From Acidobacteriaceae bacterium (GTDB lineage: Bacteria > Acidobacteriota > Terriglobia > Terriglobales > Acidobacteriaceae), in assembly GCA_030039895.1 (NCBI GenBank), contig JASHUR010000332.1:1-37914 (forward strand): a DNA stretch of 37,914 nt. The letters are read 5' to 3'. Both the position numbers and the translations under genes were made by a program. This document shows positions 27,941 to 37,527 of this stretch, piece after piece. Position 1 is the first letter of the stretch, and every line of letters starts with the position of its first letter. Under the pieces are notes generated by a model, which was given only the letters and a program-made list of their open reading frames with translations, had not been told where the DNA came from and searched no databases.

Positions 27941-29305
27941 TCACACCGAGACCGCTTTGTTGAGAGATGTCTGCAACAGATGAAATCTTGCACGGCGGTC
28001 GTACGCCGCCTGTGACCCGACTGAGGTTGAAACCGAGATCAGCATTCCGAACAGCATCGATTGGCTGTAGCTGGCCGAATAGGTAACGAAGCACGCAAAG
28101 GACATAAAGATCCATATTCGCCAAAAGTTCTTGCCAGGGAACAACAGCCCTGCGTGGTCGCGGCTGGCAAAATGGATTGTCCACAAGGAACTGACATAAA
28201 TACCTACAAAACACAGCAGCCCAACGACGCCAATCCGAAGCGCCAACTGCAGATACTCGTTATGAGCGATGGTATCTACGAACTGGCCGGCGGCGAAGCG
28301 ACCCATGCCAGAGCCGTAGGGTTCGCCAAAGAGAGTAGAGACTGTGTCGTTAAAATGATCTTCGTACAAATCCGTCCATCCGTCGACTCGCCACGTCCAG
28401 TCATCCGAGTTCTCTACTGCCACGCCATAGGAATGCTGGACTTTGGACCCTGGGCCTATGACAAAGGCAGTCACAAGTATCGCCATAACAAATAAAAGGG
28501 ATAATACAGCAATCAGCATTTGTCTTGGCACGCGGCGAGTATATAGCACGAATAACAGTGCAGCAATGGCACCGCAGACCCAAACTGTACGGTGCTCCAG
28601 CATCATTGAAATCGGGGCGCTAAGATATAACATCCACCGATGCCAGCGTGTTGCATTGCCGGTCAATATAAGATGTACGGAAATCAGAGAGCCTATAAGC
28701 AGAAAATATGCACATTCATACCCCACAACACGCATGGGGTAGATGTTCGTTCCGACGGCAACCTCCCACTGCCCTGCAATACCAAGGTGCAAAAAGGTGG
28801 CCGTCCAGCGGAATACAACCAGGGCACACAGTGCCAAAGCCGCTTTCATCCAATAGACCATCATCTTCTCACTCAGCTCCCTGCTGTACCGGAAACTGGC
28901 GAAGTAGGGTACCGCTGCCAGGAACCACCAGTCGAAGCGCGATTCATTCCCGGCCGCTTTGGCTCCGAAAATTACAAGTCCCCGGCCTATCGACAGAAGC
29001 AGGAGAAGGAAAACTATACCAAGAAGCATCCGGCGTCCGCCCAATTCGCGCAACCAGAAGAGGCGGAGCACTCCAGCCGCAACCAAAAGAGAAATAACGA
29101 TATCCTGCGGATAAATGTAGAGGTATAAATGGATTCGCGGAAGGACAATAAGAGTGGTTTCTGCTACATATAGAATTAACAGAGTCGCGGCCCCAAAAAG
29201 CACATTGCGCGCCAACGCCAGAACGAGGTATGAGTACGCCCACATAACCGCAATTAGAACGGCTACAATTAAAGGTGCAATTCCAAGATAGGTGACGTAT
29301 CCCAT
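27941..29305 (-). CDS. O-antigen ligase/Wzy polymerase family membrane protein
   Basis: About 11-12 hydrophobic helices, R.VW, WR...W, LFGEPYG and AHNEYLQ....G.VG motifs. Confidence 0.82.
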   Translation of the reverse strand: MGYVTYLGIAPLIVAVLIAVMWAYSYLVLALARNVLFGAATLLILYVAETTLIVLPRIHLYLYIYPQDIVISLLVAAGVLRLFWLRELGGRRMLLGIVFLLLLLSIGRGLVIFGAKAAGNESRFDWWFLAAVPYFASFRYSRELSEKMMVYWMKAALALCALVVFRWTATFLHLGIAGQWEVAVGTNIYPMRVVGYECAYFLLIGSLISVHLILTGNATRWHRWMLYLSAPISMMLEHRTVWVCGAIAALLFVLYTRRVPRQMLIAVLSLLFVMAILVTAFVIGPGSKVQHSYGVAVENSDDWTWRVDGWTDLYEDHFNDTVSTLFGEPYGSGMGRFAAGQFVDTIAHNEYLQLALRIGVVGLLCFVGIYVSSLWTIHFASRDHAGLLFPGKNFWRIWIFMSFACFVTYSASYSQSMLFGMLISVSTSVGSQAAYDRRARFHLLQTSLNKAVSV

Positions 29306-29455
29306 AATTTTAGATAAGGTGAGCTACGCTTATGAAGAGCTTTTCGGTTGTGGCTGCGCTGGAACAGTAGTTAGCAAACAGGCATAAATGCGTCGTTGTA
29401 ATTCGCACATTGCTTTGCTGCCCTGCGAGGTAGGATTGTGCTCATTCGCACTTCT

Positions 29456-30724
29456 TTAGACGAGCGGAGCCTGGGCCAGCAGCATCCGATCTTCTTCGGT
29501 CAAGGGGCGTCGTCCAAGAACACGATAGTGAGCGCGGAAGAGTCGAGCTGTCCTATCCCAGGAGAAGAGGCCAGCTCGTTCGGTTCCTGCGTTCCTGAGA
29601 TTACGGCGTAAGTTCTCGTCAGTCCATACGCGGTATAAGGCATGGGCGAGCTCTTCAGCATTGTCCGGATCAAACGTAATCGCAGCATCCTGAACCTGCT
29701 CACGGAGGGGACGAATGTTGGAGCAGAGAACCGGTAGCCCTAATGTAAAGGCTTCGGATATGGGCAGCCCCCAACCCTCAAACTTGCTGGGATAAACCAT
29801 GCATCGAGCGAGTCTATATAGACAGTCACGTTCGACGGGTGAAACATAACCCACAAAATTTACCGTATTTGAAAGCCCGAGTTCACCGATCATCCGCTGG
29901 AGGCTTGGATAGTATTCGTTTTTGTGTCCTGAGCATACCAGTCGAACTACTGTATCGTAGCGATCACGGAGGATCGCCAGTGCTTCAAATAACGCAGAGT
30001 GGTTCTTGTGCCTCCAGGTTTGCGCTGGATAGAACGCAAAGTCGGTTTGAATCCGGAACTTCTTACGCGTGGCTTCCAGGTCCGCTGATGTTGGGCTTCG
30101 CTGATATTCCGTCAGTACAGGGGCCCAGGGCACTACCTTGACCTTCTCTTCAGGAAGTCCATAATTGCGAATCAAATCCTCTTTGCCAAACTCGGTCATC
30201 ACGGCGATCAGGCTCGATTGGGTGCAATTTGCCCGATACCGAAACTCGCGATCTGCGAATTCCCAGGGCGCAAAGAAGTCAGGGTAATGCAGGTGTTGGA
30301 GATCGTGGATCTGGTAGATGCTCGGGAGTGTGGTTTGGAAGCCGGACGTTTGGGCAAAATGCACAACATCGACCGCCGCAGCTTCGACGGCACCATCGGA
30401 AACTGGCATGCTCCGTTCTATTGTGAGCATCTTTTGCCTACAGACACTTTGCCAGGTTTTGACCACGCCGGGCATCCCTCTGGCAATTCTCTTCCATGCG
30501 GGGTTTTTGCGGTTTCGAGTTGGCAAAATTCGGGATCGCCCTTTCATTAGGGGGCACAGCCACTCATGAGAGTCCTTGAAGGCAAGGAACAGATACTCCT
30601 CCGTTCCGTCTCCGAGCTCAGAAAGTGCCTTGGCGAGCCCTACAACAACGGAGCGGACGCCGCTGGCCGGGCCGTCCGGAACGCGAGCGTCAATGCAGAC
30701 TCTCAAGCAACGATGCTCCGCCAT
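29456..30724 (-). CDS. Glycosyltransferase family 4 (mannosyltransferase-like)
   Basis: IDAR, IHDLQH, YPA..W.HKN and PSKFEGWGLPISEA. Confidence 0.93.
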   Translation of the reverse strand: MAEHRCLRVCIDARVPDGPASGVRSVVVGLAKALSELGDGTEEYLFLAFKDSHEWLCPLMKGRSRILPTRNRKNPAWKRIARGMPGVVKTWQSVCRQKMLTIERSMPVSDGAVEAAAVDVVHFAQTSGFQTTLPSIYQIHDLQHLHYPDFFAPWEFADREFRYRANCTQSSLIAVMTEFGKEDLIRNYGLPEEKVKVVPWAPVLTEYQRSPTSADLEATRKKFRIQTDFAFYPAQTWRHKNHSALFEALAILRDRYDTVVRLVCSGHKNEYYPSLQRMIGELGLSNTVNFVGYVSPVERDCLYRLARCMVYPSKFEGWGLPISEAFTLGLPVLCSNIRPLREQVQDAAITFDPDNAEELAHALYRVWTDENLRRNLRNAGTERAGLFSWDRTARLFRAHYRVLGRRPLTEEDRMLLAQAPLV

Positions 30725-30775
30725 TCAATACCTTTGTGCCTATGGATTGCAGGCAACATATTCATATCAGCCGCG

Positions 30776-31708
30776 TCAGTGATAAAACAGTCCGTAGAGC
30801 GCCACACCTGTGATCATATCCAGCACCGCATGACTGCTAAGCGCACCAGCGGTTTTGGCAGCACTGCTGGGAACGTACAGTACATCCCCGGCCTGTAACG
30901 CCAGATCAGGACTTTTCGACTGAAAAACTTTCCCCAGTGGAACTGGGATATCAGTTACTCCTGTCGTCGTCTTGCGGATAATTCGAGTGCTATTAAGTTT
31001 GGCTGTTCTGTTGGCACCTGATGCGAGAGCTAGTGCCTGAAGTACAGAAACATTATCGGTATCCATCGCAAATCCACCCGGCTTCGCAACGTCTCCGACA
31101 ACATAGACAATTCCAGCCTTAGGCACCAACACCATATCTCCAGGCTGCAACTCAATATCAGCGGCCGCCTGACTGGAATTGCCAATAAGGCTAACTGTTA
31201 CAGGATGGGCGGGGTCAGCACGATGGGTGACCAAAGCTCGTTCAGCGGCATCTGGAGTAAGGCCCTCGGCCTCCGAGATAACTTCAAGCAGGCGCGGTCT
31301 CCCAAGTGGAGTGTAGGCTCCGGGCTTCCTCACTTCCCCCGCGACGGTGATAGCCTGCGCGCTGCCGTACTCCTCGACCGCAACTGTAACCTGTGGTTTT
31401 TTGACTATGTTGCTGTCGGCCAGCCGCTTGGCGAGTACTTGCTGCGCCTGTTCAGGTGCGAGACCTTGAAGCGGCACAGTGTTCAACAGCGGAAGCGATA
31501 CCTTGCCCTGATTATCGACCCTGAACTTCCCGCTTAATTCGGGTGAATCAAAGACTTGTATATCGAGTAAGTCGCCAGGCCCAATCGGCACGGCCTCGGC
31601 AGAAGACTTGGCCTTCTCCTGGGCAAGAACCGAACATGCCAGCATAACCATAGCAAGTCCGATCAGGAACTGTTTCTTGAGTCGGAACAAGGATAAGCGG
31701 TAACGCAT
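30776..31708 (-). CDS. Polysaccharide export protein (Wza/Poly_export + SLBB)
   Basis: Signal peptide, IGPGDLL.I.V, V...G.VSLPLL, GEVRKPG and VYVVGDV.KPG. Confidence 0.92.
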   Translation of the reverse strand: MRYRLSLFRLKKQFLIGLAMVMLACSVLAQEKAKSSAEAVPIGPGDLLDIQVFDSPELSGKFRVDNQGKVSLPLLNTVPLQGLAPEQAQQVLAKRLADSNIVKKPQVTVAVEEYGSAQAITVAGEVRKPGAYTPLGRPRLLEVISEAEGLTPDAAERALVTHRADPAHPVTVSLIGNSSQAAADIELQPGDMVLVPKAGIVYVVGDVAKPGGFAMDTDNVSVLQALALASGANRTAKLNSTRIIRKTTTGVTDIPVPLGKVFQSKSPDLALQAGDVLYVPSSAAKTAGALSSHAVLDMITGVALYGLFYH

Positions 31709-31914
31709 AAGACATTCTCCTAATTATCATTCGGGCCCTGTGGCCCTATGAAGAAGACGAAGGAGGCTTCTTCGTGACGCCGGCCCCCGACCTACACTTT
31801 CGACAGAGCTACAGGCGCGTCACGGGCAAATCCATCATGACAAAGCCCTGCCGCAGCGCTGAAGCCGCAACAATGTGTTTACACCTGTCTGTGACAGTGC
31901 CTGCGAAAGACGTG

Positions 31915-34188
31915 TCAATCGCGACTACTGGAGTAATCGTAATTTTGGTATCTTCCCCCGCCGTAATAGTAGTAGTCGGGGGCGTTGATATTGACGCCGT
32001 TCAAAACTACGCCGGCGATACGGGCGCGGGCGCGGAGCAGCAATTCGCACGAACGCCGCAACGGCTGCCACCCGATTTTTCCCCAGCGCAGCACCATTAC
32101 GCAGACATCAGCTTGCGCCGCCAACAAGACGGCGTCCGTAACGGGAAGTACCGGGGGGGTATCTAAGATCACATAATCAAACTCGTTTTTCCATTTCAGC
32201 AACAGTTCTGACATGCACCGAGAGCCGAGCATTTCCGCCGGATAGGGAGCGATAGGACCAGATGTCATCAATGTAAGATTGGACATCTTGGGGTGGATGA
32301 AGGCGACGTCCTCTAGCTTACTGATTCCAGACACGACTGAAGACAAACCGGATTTGTTAGACAGTCCAAAATGCTTGTGCACAGAGGGGCGCCGTAGGTC
32401 AGCGTCCACCAAGAGCACCCGTGCGCCCTTTTGAGCCAGTACTACTGCGGTGTTAATGCTAGTACTGGTCTTGCCTTCGCCAAGCACTGAACTGGTCACT
32501 ACGATGGTCTTTACCGGACCACCATAACTGGACAGCAGCAGTGCAGTTCGCAAACTACGATAGGCTTCTGCCGCCTGCGACTTGGGCTTCGACAACGTAA
32601 TTACGTCTGCGGCGTCCTTAAAACCATTGCCGTTTGCGTCTAAGGACATGGTGATCATGCCAGCGGCGCTCTTCTTTGTGCCGTTGCCGTTCGTGCTCAA
32701 AATGTGGCTGCGATAGGCCCCGTTTTTGTTGAACATAGGGATGACAGCCAGCGACGGTAACCCGCAATAGGTTTCCACTTCCTCGACCGTGCGCAAGCTA
32801 CTGTCGAGGTTCTCCAAAACAAATGCGCTTGCCAGGCCGAATACCAGGCCGGCGCCGAGGCCCAACGCCAGGTTTAGCGGCATATTCGGCTCCACAGGGG
32901 TCAACGGAAGGGTCGCCGGGTCCACCACATTTGCTTTGGTAGACCGCAGACCCGCAGCAATACCTGCTTCCTTCAGCTTCTTGAGCAGGCTGTCATACAA
33001 ATCGCGGCTGGAATCGAGCTGATGGCGCAAAATGGTGTACTGTACGGCGCTCTCATTGAGTTGGTACGCTTCCTGTTTTTGTTTCTCGACCATCGCCCGA
33101 AGCATGTCTTCGGACTGACGCGCCGCCAGGTAGTCATTCTTAAAACGTTGCGCATGATTGTCTATCTCCGCCTGGATGCGCGCTTCCACATCCTGCAGTT
33201 GTGCCTTCAGCTCCACTACCTTCGGATATGAGTCGCCGTATTGCGCGCTAACTTGCGCGTACTGGCTGCGTAAATCATTTTCCTGAGTGCGTAGCGTCTG
33301 AAGCGTGAGGTCGGGAGTAGGCGAAGTGACCAGCTCAGCGTTGCCTTGTTCCGCTAACCGCCAACTGGCCTCTTTGAGAATGCGGTCCTCCTCCGCTGCG
33401 GTAAGTTTTTCGTTGAGTTCATCCAGCTTCGAGATAGTACTGCTTTGGTTCTCCCCGCTGGCGCCGGGGGTGTCGGTAAACCACACCCCATGTTCCTTTT
33501 CGAACTCTGACACACGTTCCTGATAATCCTCGACATTGGCTTTAATCTCGTCGAGCTGCTTCTGCAACCAGTCGGCAACCTGCATGGTGGCCATGTACTT
33601 CACCTTGTAATTGTGCTCGACAAAAGCGCTGACCAGTGTGTTGACCACATCCATAGCCACCTGGGGCGAGTAGCTACGGAAGCGTATTTCGATCAGTTCC
33701 GACTTCGGCATGATTGTCACGTGCAATGCGGAGTCGAACGCCTTTATCAGCTCCTGGCGCCTCACGGGCGAATCTATCGATGCATGCTTCGGATCCGGCT
33801 TGCAAAAAGCGGGATTAGAGTCCAGATGGAGTTGCTGAATCACCGCCATGGCCAGCGGCTCACTTTGCAGGATGCGAACCTGAGTCTCCAATCGCGTTTG
33901 CATGTCGCTCGTGTCGGCGTTCGACGAAGCAGCTTGCCCGTCAGGGTCGGCATTCTCGTCGAAAATAATGGCAATGTGTGCCGTAGCCTCGTAACGGGGC
34001 TTCTTTAACAGCGAATAAACAACCGCACCAGAAAGCGCCACAGTGATGCATAGCAGGATAACGGCATACCGCTTCAGGATGATGCGACGTAGATCGGAGA
34101 GGCTGAACACCTCAGGTAGCTGGCTCTGCGGAGATGCCGTGGAAGCGAGTGATTGCTCCGCATTTTCGCGAGTGATTACTGCATTCAT
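31915..34188 (-). CDS. wzc: Wzc-type polysaccharide co-polymerase/tyrosine autokinase
   Basis: Two TM segments flanking a coiled coil; EAYRSLRT, Walker A GEGKT, VDADLRRP, DTPP and a C-terminal Tyr cluster (DYYYYGGGRYQNYDY). Confidence 0.93.
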   Translation of the reverse strand: MNAVITRENAEQSLASTASPQSQLPEVFSLSDLRRIILKRYAVILLCITVALSGAVVYSLLKKPRYEATAHIAIIFDENADPDGQAASSNADTSDMQTRLETQVRILQSEPLAMAVIQQLHLDSNPAFCKPDPKHASIDSPVRRQELIKAFDSALHVTIMPKSELIEIRFRSYSPQVAMDVVNTLVSAFVEHNYKVKYMATMQVADWLQKQLDEIKANVEDYQERVSEFEKEHGVWFTDTPGASGENQSSTISKLDELNEKLTAAEEDRILKEASWRLAEQGNAELVTSPTPDLTLQTLRTQENDLRSQYAQVSAQYGDSYPKVVELKAQLQDVEARIQAEIDNHAQRFKNDYLAARQSEDMLRAMVEKQKQEAYQLNESAVQYTILRHQLDSSRDLYDSLLKKLKEAGIAAGLRSTKANVVDPATLPLTPVEPNMPLNLALGLGAGLVFGLASAFVLENLDSSLRTVEEVETYCGLPSLAVIPMFNKNGAYRSHILSTNGNGTKKSAAGMITMSLDANGNGFKDAADVITLSKPKSQAAEAYRSLRTALLLSSYGGPVKTIVVTSSVLGEGKTSTSINTAVVLAQKGARVLLVDADLRRPSVHKHFGLSNKSGLSSVVSGISKLEDVAFIHPKMSNLTLMTSGPIAPYPAEMLGSRCMSELLLKWKNEFDYVILDTPPVLPVTDAVLLAAQADVCVMVLRWGKIGWQPLRRSCELLLRARARIAGVVLNGVNINAPDYYYYGGGRYQNYDYSSSRD

Positions 34189-34228
34189 AGATTCTCCAAT
34201 TGAAGCAAAGGCGCTAAGCCTGCGACCT

Positions 34229-34251
34229 AAAAACTCCCGGGCTACGGGAGT
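34229..34251 (-). terminator. Intra-operon intrinsic terminator-like hairpin upstream of wzc
   Basis: Minus strand reads ACTCCCG-TAGCC-CGGGAG-TTTTT. Confidence 0.6.
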
Positions 34252-34353
34252 CTTGTGGCCGGGTGCTGTCCTCGATACGCCTTTGGGATATGGTTAACTC
34301 TGGCCGTTGGTGTGACTCATAACACTGACGGCTTTGATGCGGATATTCATGGC

Positions 34354-35790
34354 TCAAGCTGCGCCGGATCCACGGATTACAGCAGGAACGGTTCTAGCCA
34401 GGATCTTTAAGTCGAGCCATAATGACCATTCATCCATATACTGTAAGTCGAGTAACATCCATTCATCGAATGAGATATTACTGCGACCGTTCACCTGCCA
34501 AAGGCAGGTTATCCCAGGTTTCACACTGAACCGCCTGCGCTGCCAGTCTTCGCTGAAGCCTTCATAATCCCGGACAGGGAGTGGACGGGGTCCTACGAGG
34601 CTCATGTCCCCTTTCAACACGTTCAGCAACTGCGGCAGCTCGTCAATACTGCTGCGGCGGAGAAACTTCCCGATCGACGTAATTCTCGGGTCATTACGGA
34701 TCTTGAATACTGGTCCAGATACCTCATTTTTACTCTCAAGATCTCGCATCAGCCGCTCAGCGTCTTGGATCATGGTCCGAAACTTCGCGATTTTAAATCG
34801 GCGCTTGTTCAGCCCTATGCGTTCCTGGAAGAAGAACACTGGCCCTGTGGATGTGGCCTTGATGGCGATGGCCACGCTAACGAATAGCGGCAGGAAAAGA
34901 AGGAGCAGAGCAGAGGAGACAGCGATGTCAAGCAGTCGCTTTGCCACAAGTGGCCAGTCGTCTGCGGCCCAGGTTCGAGTGGCAATATAGTGACTACCAT
35001 CGAATTCCTCAGCCAGCCACCGCGCATTCCGAAGGCCAAAGGTATCAGCATTCAGGCGGACGATAATTCCGTGCTGTGAACAGAGGTTAGCAACCTCAGA
35101 CCAGCGATGGTAGAGAGAACCAAAAGGCAGATAAATTACGGCCTCGTCTACTACCCGATTCCGCAGAAACTCGGCCAAGCCAGCATAATTACAAACGACA
35201 TCAAAGCCGCTTCGGGCAAAAACACTCATCCCCGACCACGCGTCATCGACAAATCCTACTAGCCGATAGCCGCGATCGGGACTCTGTACAATCTTGCGCG
35301 CAAATGCTACCGCACGCTCGTTAGTCCCAAAAATCAGCATGTGGCGAAGATTCCTGCCGTGGATCCTGATCTGGGCAAGCAGCCACCGTAGCATAAGCCT
35401 GGAGGCGATCATCGTAGCGCTGCTGAATGTCCAAAACACCAGCAGGAACCACAGCGTAGCCATACGAATTGAAAAGACGGCGGCGATACCAACGAAACAA
35501 ACCAGGGACAGGCTCGTTCCTTTCAGAACGTCGATGATCTCATCAAACCGCCTGGAGAGCCGGCGTGAACGATAGAGCCCAAATGTACGAAAGACAACAT
35601 GGTATGAAGCCAAGATCAGAAAAAATAGGAGGACATCTGCAATTCTGGCCCGCATGGCGAGAAATGCCCGAAATGGGACACTGTGCTGCCTATGAACAAG
35701 CTGCAGAGTTGCAAGTCCAAACGACAACGCGACAAGCAGCGCGTCCAGGAGTTGTAGGAGTGTCAGTGGAACTCGATACCTACTGAGCAT
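34354..35790 (-). CDS. Priming undecaprenyl-phosphate glycosylphosphotransferase (WcaJ/WbaP-type)
   Basis: KRLLD, KFRTM, DPRIT..G.FLR..SIDELPQL.NVL.GDMSLVGPRP and KPGIT motifs; N-terminal TM helices. Start 35790 or 35838. Confidence 0.95.
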   Translation of the reverse strand: MLSRYRVPLTLLQLLDALLVALSFGLATLQLVHRQHSVPFRAFLAMRARIADVLLFFLILASYHVVFRTFGLYRSRRLSRRFDEIIDVLKGTSLSLVCFVGIAAVFSIRMATLWFLLVFWTFSSATMIASRLMLRWLLAQIRIHGRNLRHMLIFGTNERAVAFARKIVQSPDRGYRLVGFVDDAWSGMSVFARSGFDVVCNYAGLAEFLRNRVVDEAVIYLPFGSLYHRWSEVANLCSQHGIIVRLNADTFGLRNARWLAEEFDGSHYIATRTWAADDWPLVAKRLLDIAVSSALLLLFLPLFVSVAIAIKATSTGPVFFFQERIGLNKRRFKIAKFRTMIQDAERLMRDLESKNEVSGPVFKIRNDPRITSIGKFLRRSSIDELPQLLNVLKGDMSLVGPRPLPVRDYEGFSEDWQRRRFSVKPGITCLWQVNGRSNISFDEWMLLDLQYMDEWSLWLDLKILARTVPAVIRGSGAA

Positions 35791-36103
35791 TTTAGTTTCC
35801 GCATCGCAGCAAGGCGTGCCCTTGCTTGAAGAATCCACCGCTGCGAATTGAATGTGAGATGAGAGAATGCCTATCCCTACGAATGAGTAACGCGGCGCTG
35901 AGAGATCTAAGCTCGAGTTCGGCTATGGGTCCGTAAGCGATTCACAGTGCAACTGAATATTTCGTTCTTAGTCAGAAGAAATCTGTTTTGATATGCGATT
36001 GGTGAATCTCGCTTGATGAGCAGAGAGACTTCGTTCACCGGTTTGTAGAAGCGATGGCCGCTCAGAACAACTCTCTTCAAAGTTTGGCAGGCGTCCACAT
36101 CCG

Positions 36104-36781
36104 CTACTCAGCCGCGCTCCACTGTCCGGCATGAGTAGCGCACCACGTGGCCGGATGGCTTGGATAAGAATGAGTGCTCAAGCCCGGAGTTTGGTGCTGA
36201 GCTTTTGAAAGCGGCTCAAGTTCTGAGGCATCTACCTCTATCGCTACGCTTCGCATAATCCGGTCAAGCGTCAGGACGATGTTAAGGTTGTTCTTCTTTC
36301 GAACGATGACGCCTTCAAGCCCTGCAAGGATGCCGGATGCGACGCGAGCTCTCTCGCCGACGTTGAGGTACGGATAGGGCTCGACCCTTCGGTCATGTAG
36401 CCCATTCCTTAGTGTTTCGATTTCCTGTTCCGGCAGCTCCCAGGCATGCTGCCCGGAGCCGATGATCGAGAAGACCCCTGGGGTGCCCAGAACAGACCCC
36501 CGCTCAGCGGGAGAGATGTGAACGAACACATAATTCGGGAACAATGGCAAATCTAGGGTAACGGGGCTTCGCTTTTTCCATTGGCGGGGAGCCTTGTACA
36601 AGGGTAGGAATGTTTCAACATTTCGATGTGTAAGCTGGTCAAAGACGCGCTTTTCGTGATGAGTTGCGGTGTAAGCCGCAAACCACTTTGGCGCGACTCC
36701 CTGGTCGCTTGGTCTCGAATTGATCGCTTCGCAGAACTGTGACATAGCTTCGCCATCCCCACTCGGGAGAACTTTTTCCAC
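36104..36781 (-). CDS. NusG-paralog transcription antiterminator (UpxY/LoaP/RfaH-like)
   Basis: WFAAYT...HEKRV, FLPLY, PLFPNYVFV (NGN domain) and KOW motif G.RARV..G.LAGLEG. Located at the head of a polysaccharide operon. The start may be ATG 36745. Confidence 0.92.
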   Translation of the reverse strand: MEKVLPSGDGEAMSQFCEAINSRPSDQGVAPKWFAAYTATHHEKRVFDQLTHRNVETFLPLYKAPRQWKKRSPVTLDLPLFPNYVFVHISPAERGSVLGTPGVFSIIGSGQHAWELPEQEIETLRNGLHDRRVEPYPYLNVGERARVASGILAGLEGVIVRKKNNLNIVLTLDRIMRSVAIEVDASELEPLSKAQHQTPGLSTHSYPSHPATWCATHAGQWSAAE

Positions 36782-36861
36782 AGAGTGGGAGAGTATTCAA
36801 GTTTCCCTCACAATGCTCATCAGCGTTTGTGAGGGTATTTCTTCTGAAGCGCAGAACCCTC

Positions 36862-37242
36862 TCAATTCAGGTGTTCTGAGCTCTCAGGCAGCTCCGGATA
36901 AAACTGAACCGAGGCTACAAATCCGTTCGGCCGCCCGGCAGATGACTTTGACCCAGCGCCTTGGCCTTGTACGCGTACCACTACACCTTCGCCGTGTAGT
37001 TCCAGGGTTTGGCCCCTCCCCCGCCGTCTTGGGAGAAGAACCGTTAATTGAATCGCCACTCCTACGGGTGGACATTCACTAGTCATCACCATCACGCCGC
37101 TCCTGCTGATATCCCTGGTCATCCCGCGGCGCGCTCGCACCGAGCCTCTCGGGGAGGGCCACCAGAAATCGACCGGAGCAGCGAGGCGATAACGCTTCGC
37201 ATTCCGCAATTCCAGTTCCGTCATACAGAGGAAACCTTGCAT
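36862..37242 (-). CDS. Stand-alone PilZ domain protein (c-di-GMP receptor)
   Basis: RNAKR (RxxxR) and DISRSG (DxSxxG) motifs plus G.VVR. Start 37242 or 37224. Confidence 0.8.
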   Translation of the reverse strand: MQGFLCMTELELRNAKRYRLAAPVDFWWPSPRGSVRARRGMTRDISRSGVMVMTSECPPVGVAIQLTVLLPRRRGRGQTLELHGEGVVVRVQGQGAGSKSSAGRPNGFVASVQFYPELPESSEHLN

Positions 37243-37348
37243 GCTGCACTCTTCTGGTCAAAGTTCGCACATCTCTGAGCCAGCTCTATTGTTGGCAGCG
37301 TAGGTGAAAGGCCGGAAGCGCACAAGGGAAAGAAGCGCCCCAGTATAC

Positions 37349-37367
37349 TCGTTTCCTATCGTTTCCT
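37349..37367. promoter_or_regulatory. Direct repeat TCGTTTCCT x2 beside a -10-like TATACT; candidate operator of the EPS operon
   Basis: Two 9-bp copies with a 10-bp period. Minus-strand TATACT at 37347-37342, with no good -35. Confidence 0.35.
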
Positions 37368-37468
37368 TAAGAGGTTGGGTACGCACTTGTCTTGAATAAG
37401 TACGTTTAAGCCCACTGCAACTGGAGACTAAAGTACTAAACTGCGCTGGGAAGAATGTGTGGCAGATA

Positions 37469-37527
37469 TGGCGAGGGAGGGATTCGAACCCCCGGTAGCC
37501 TTTCGACTACGCCTGATTTCGAGTCAG
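37469..37527 (-). pseudogene. 3' fragment of tRNA-Ser(CGA), probable att site
   Basis: CTGA-CT-CGA-AA-TCAG anticodon arm, long variable arm GTAGTC-GAAA-GGCTAC, T arm GGGGG-TTCGAAT-CCCTC and a shortened acceptor ending GCCA. No D arm or 5' acceptor strand. Confidence 0.88.

Larger units (their letters stand above)
16742..37242 (-). other. Wzx/Wzy-dependent exopolysaccharide/capsule gene cluster
   Basis: 17 co-oriented genes including a priming transferase, wzc, an export protein, Wzy-like, wzx, several glycosyltransferases and tailoring enzymes. Confidence 0.93.

Noticed and set aside
27849-28214. Alternative-frame ORF suggesting a frameshifted Wzy tail
   Set aside because: The Wzy-like frame is complete. 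This ORF's stop is simply the TGA within the next gene's ATGA.
31824-31850. c-di-GMP-I riboswitch-like words (GGGCAAA...AAAGCC; similar at 34204-34235)
   Set aside because: They are antisense to the operon and lack the GAAA tetraloop stem and full P1/P2 architecture.
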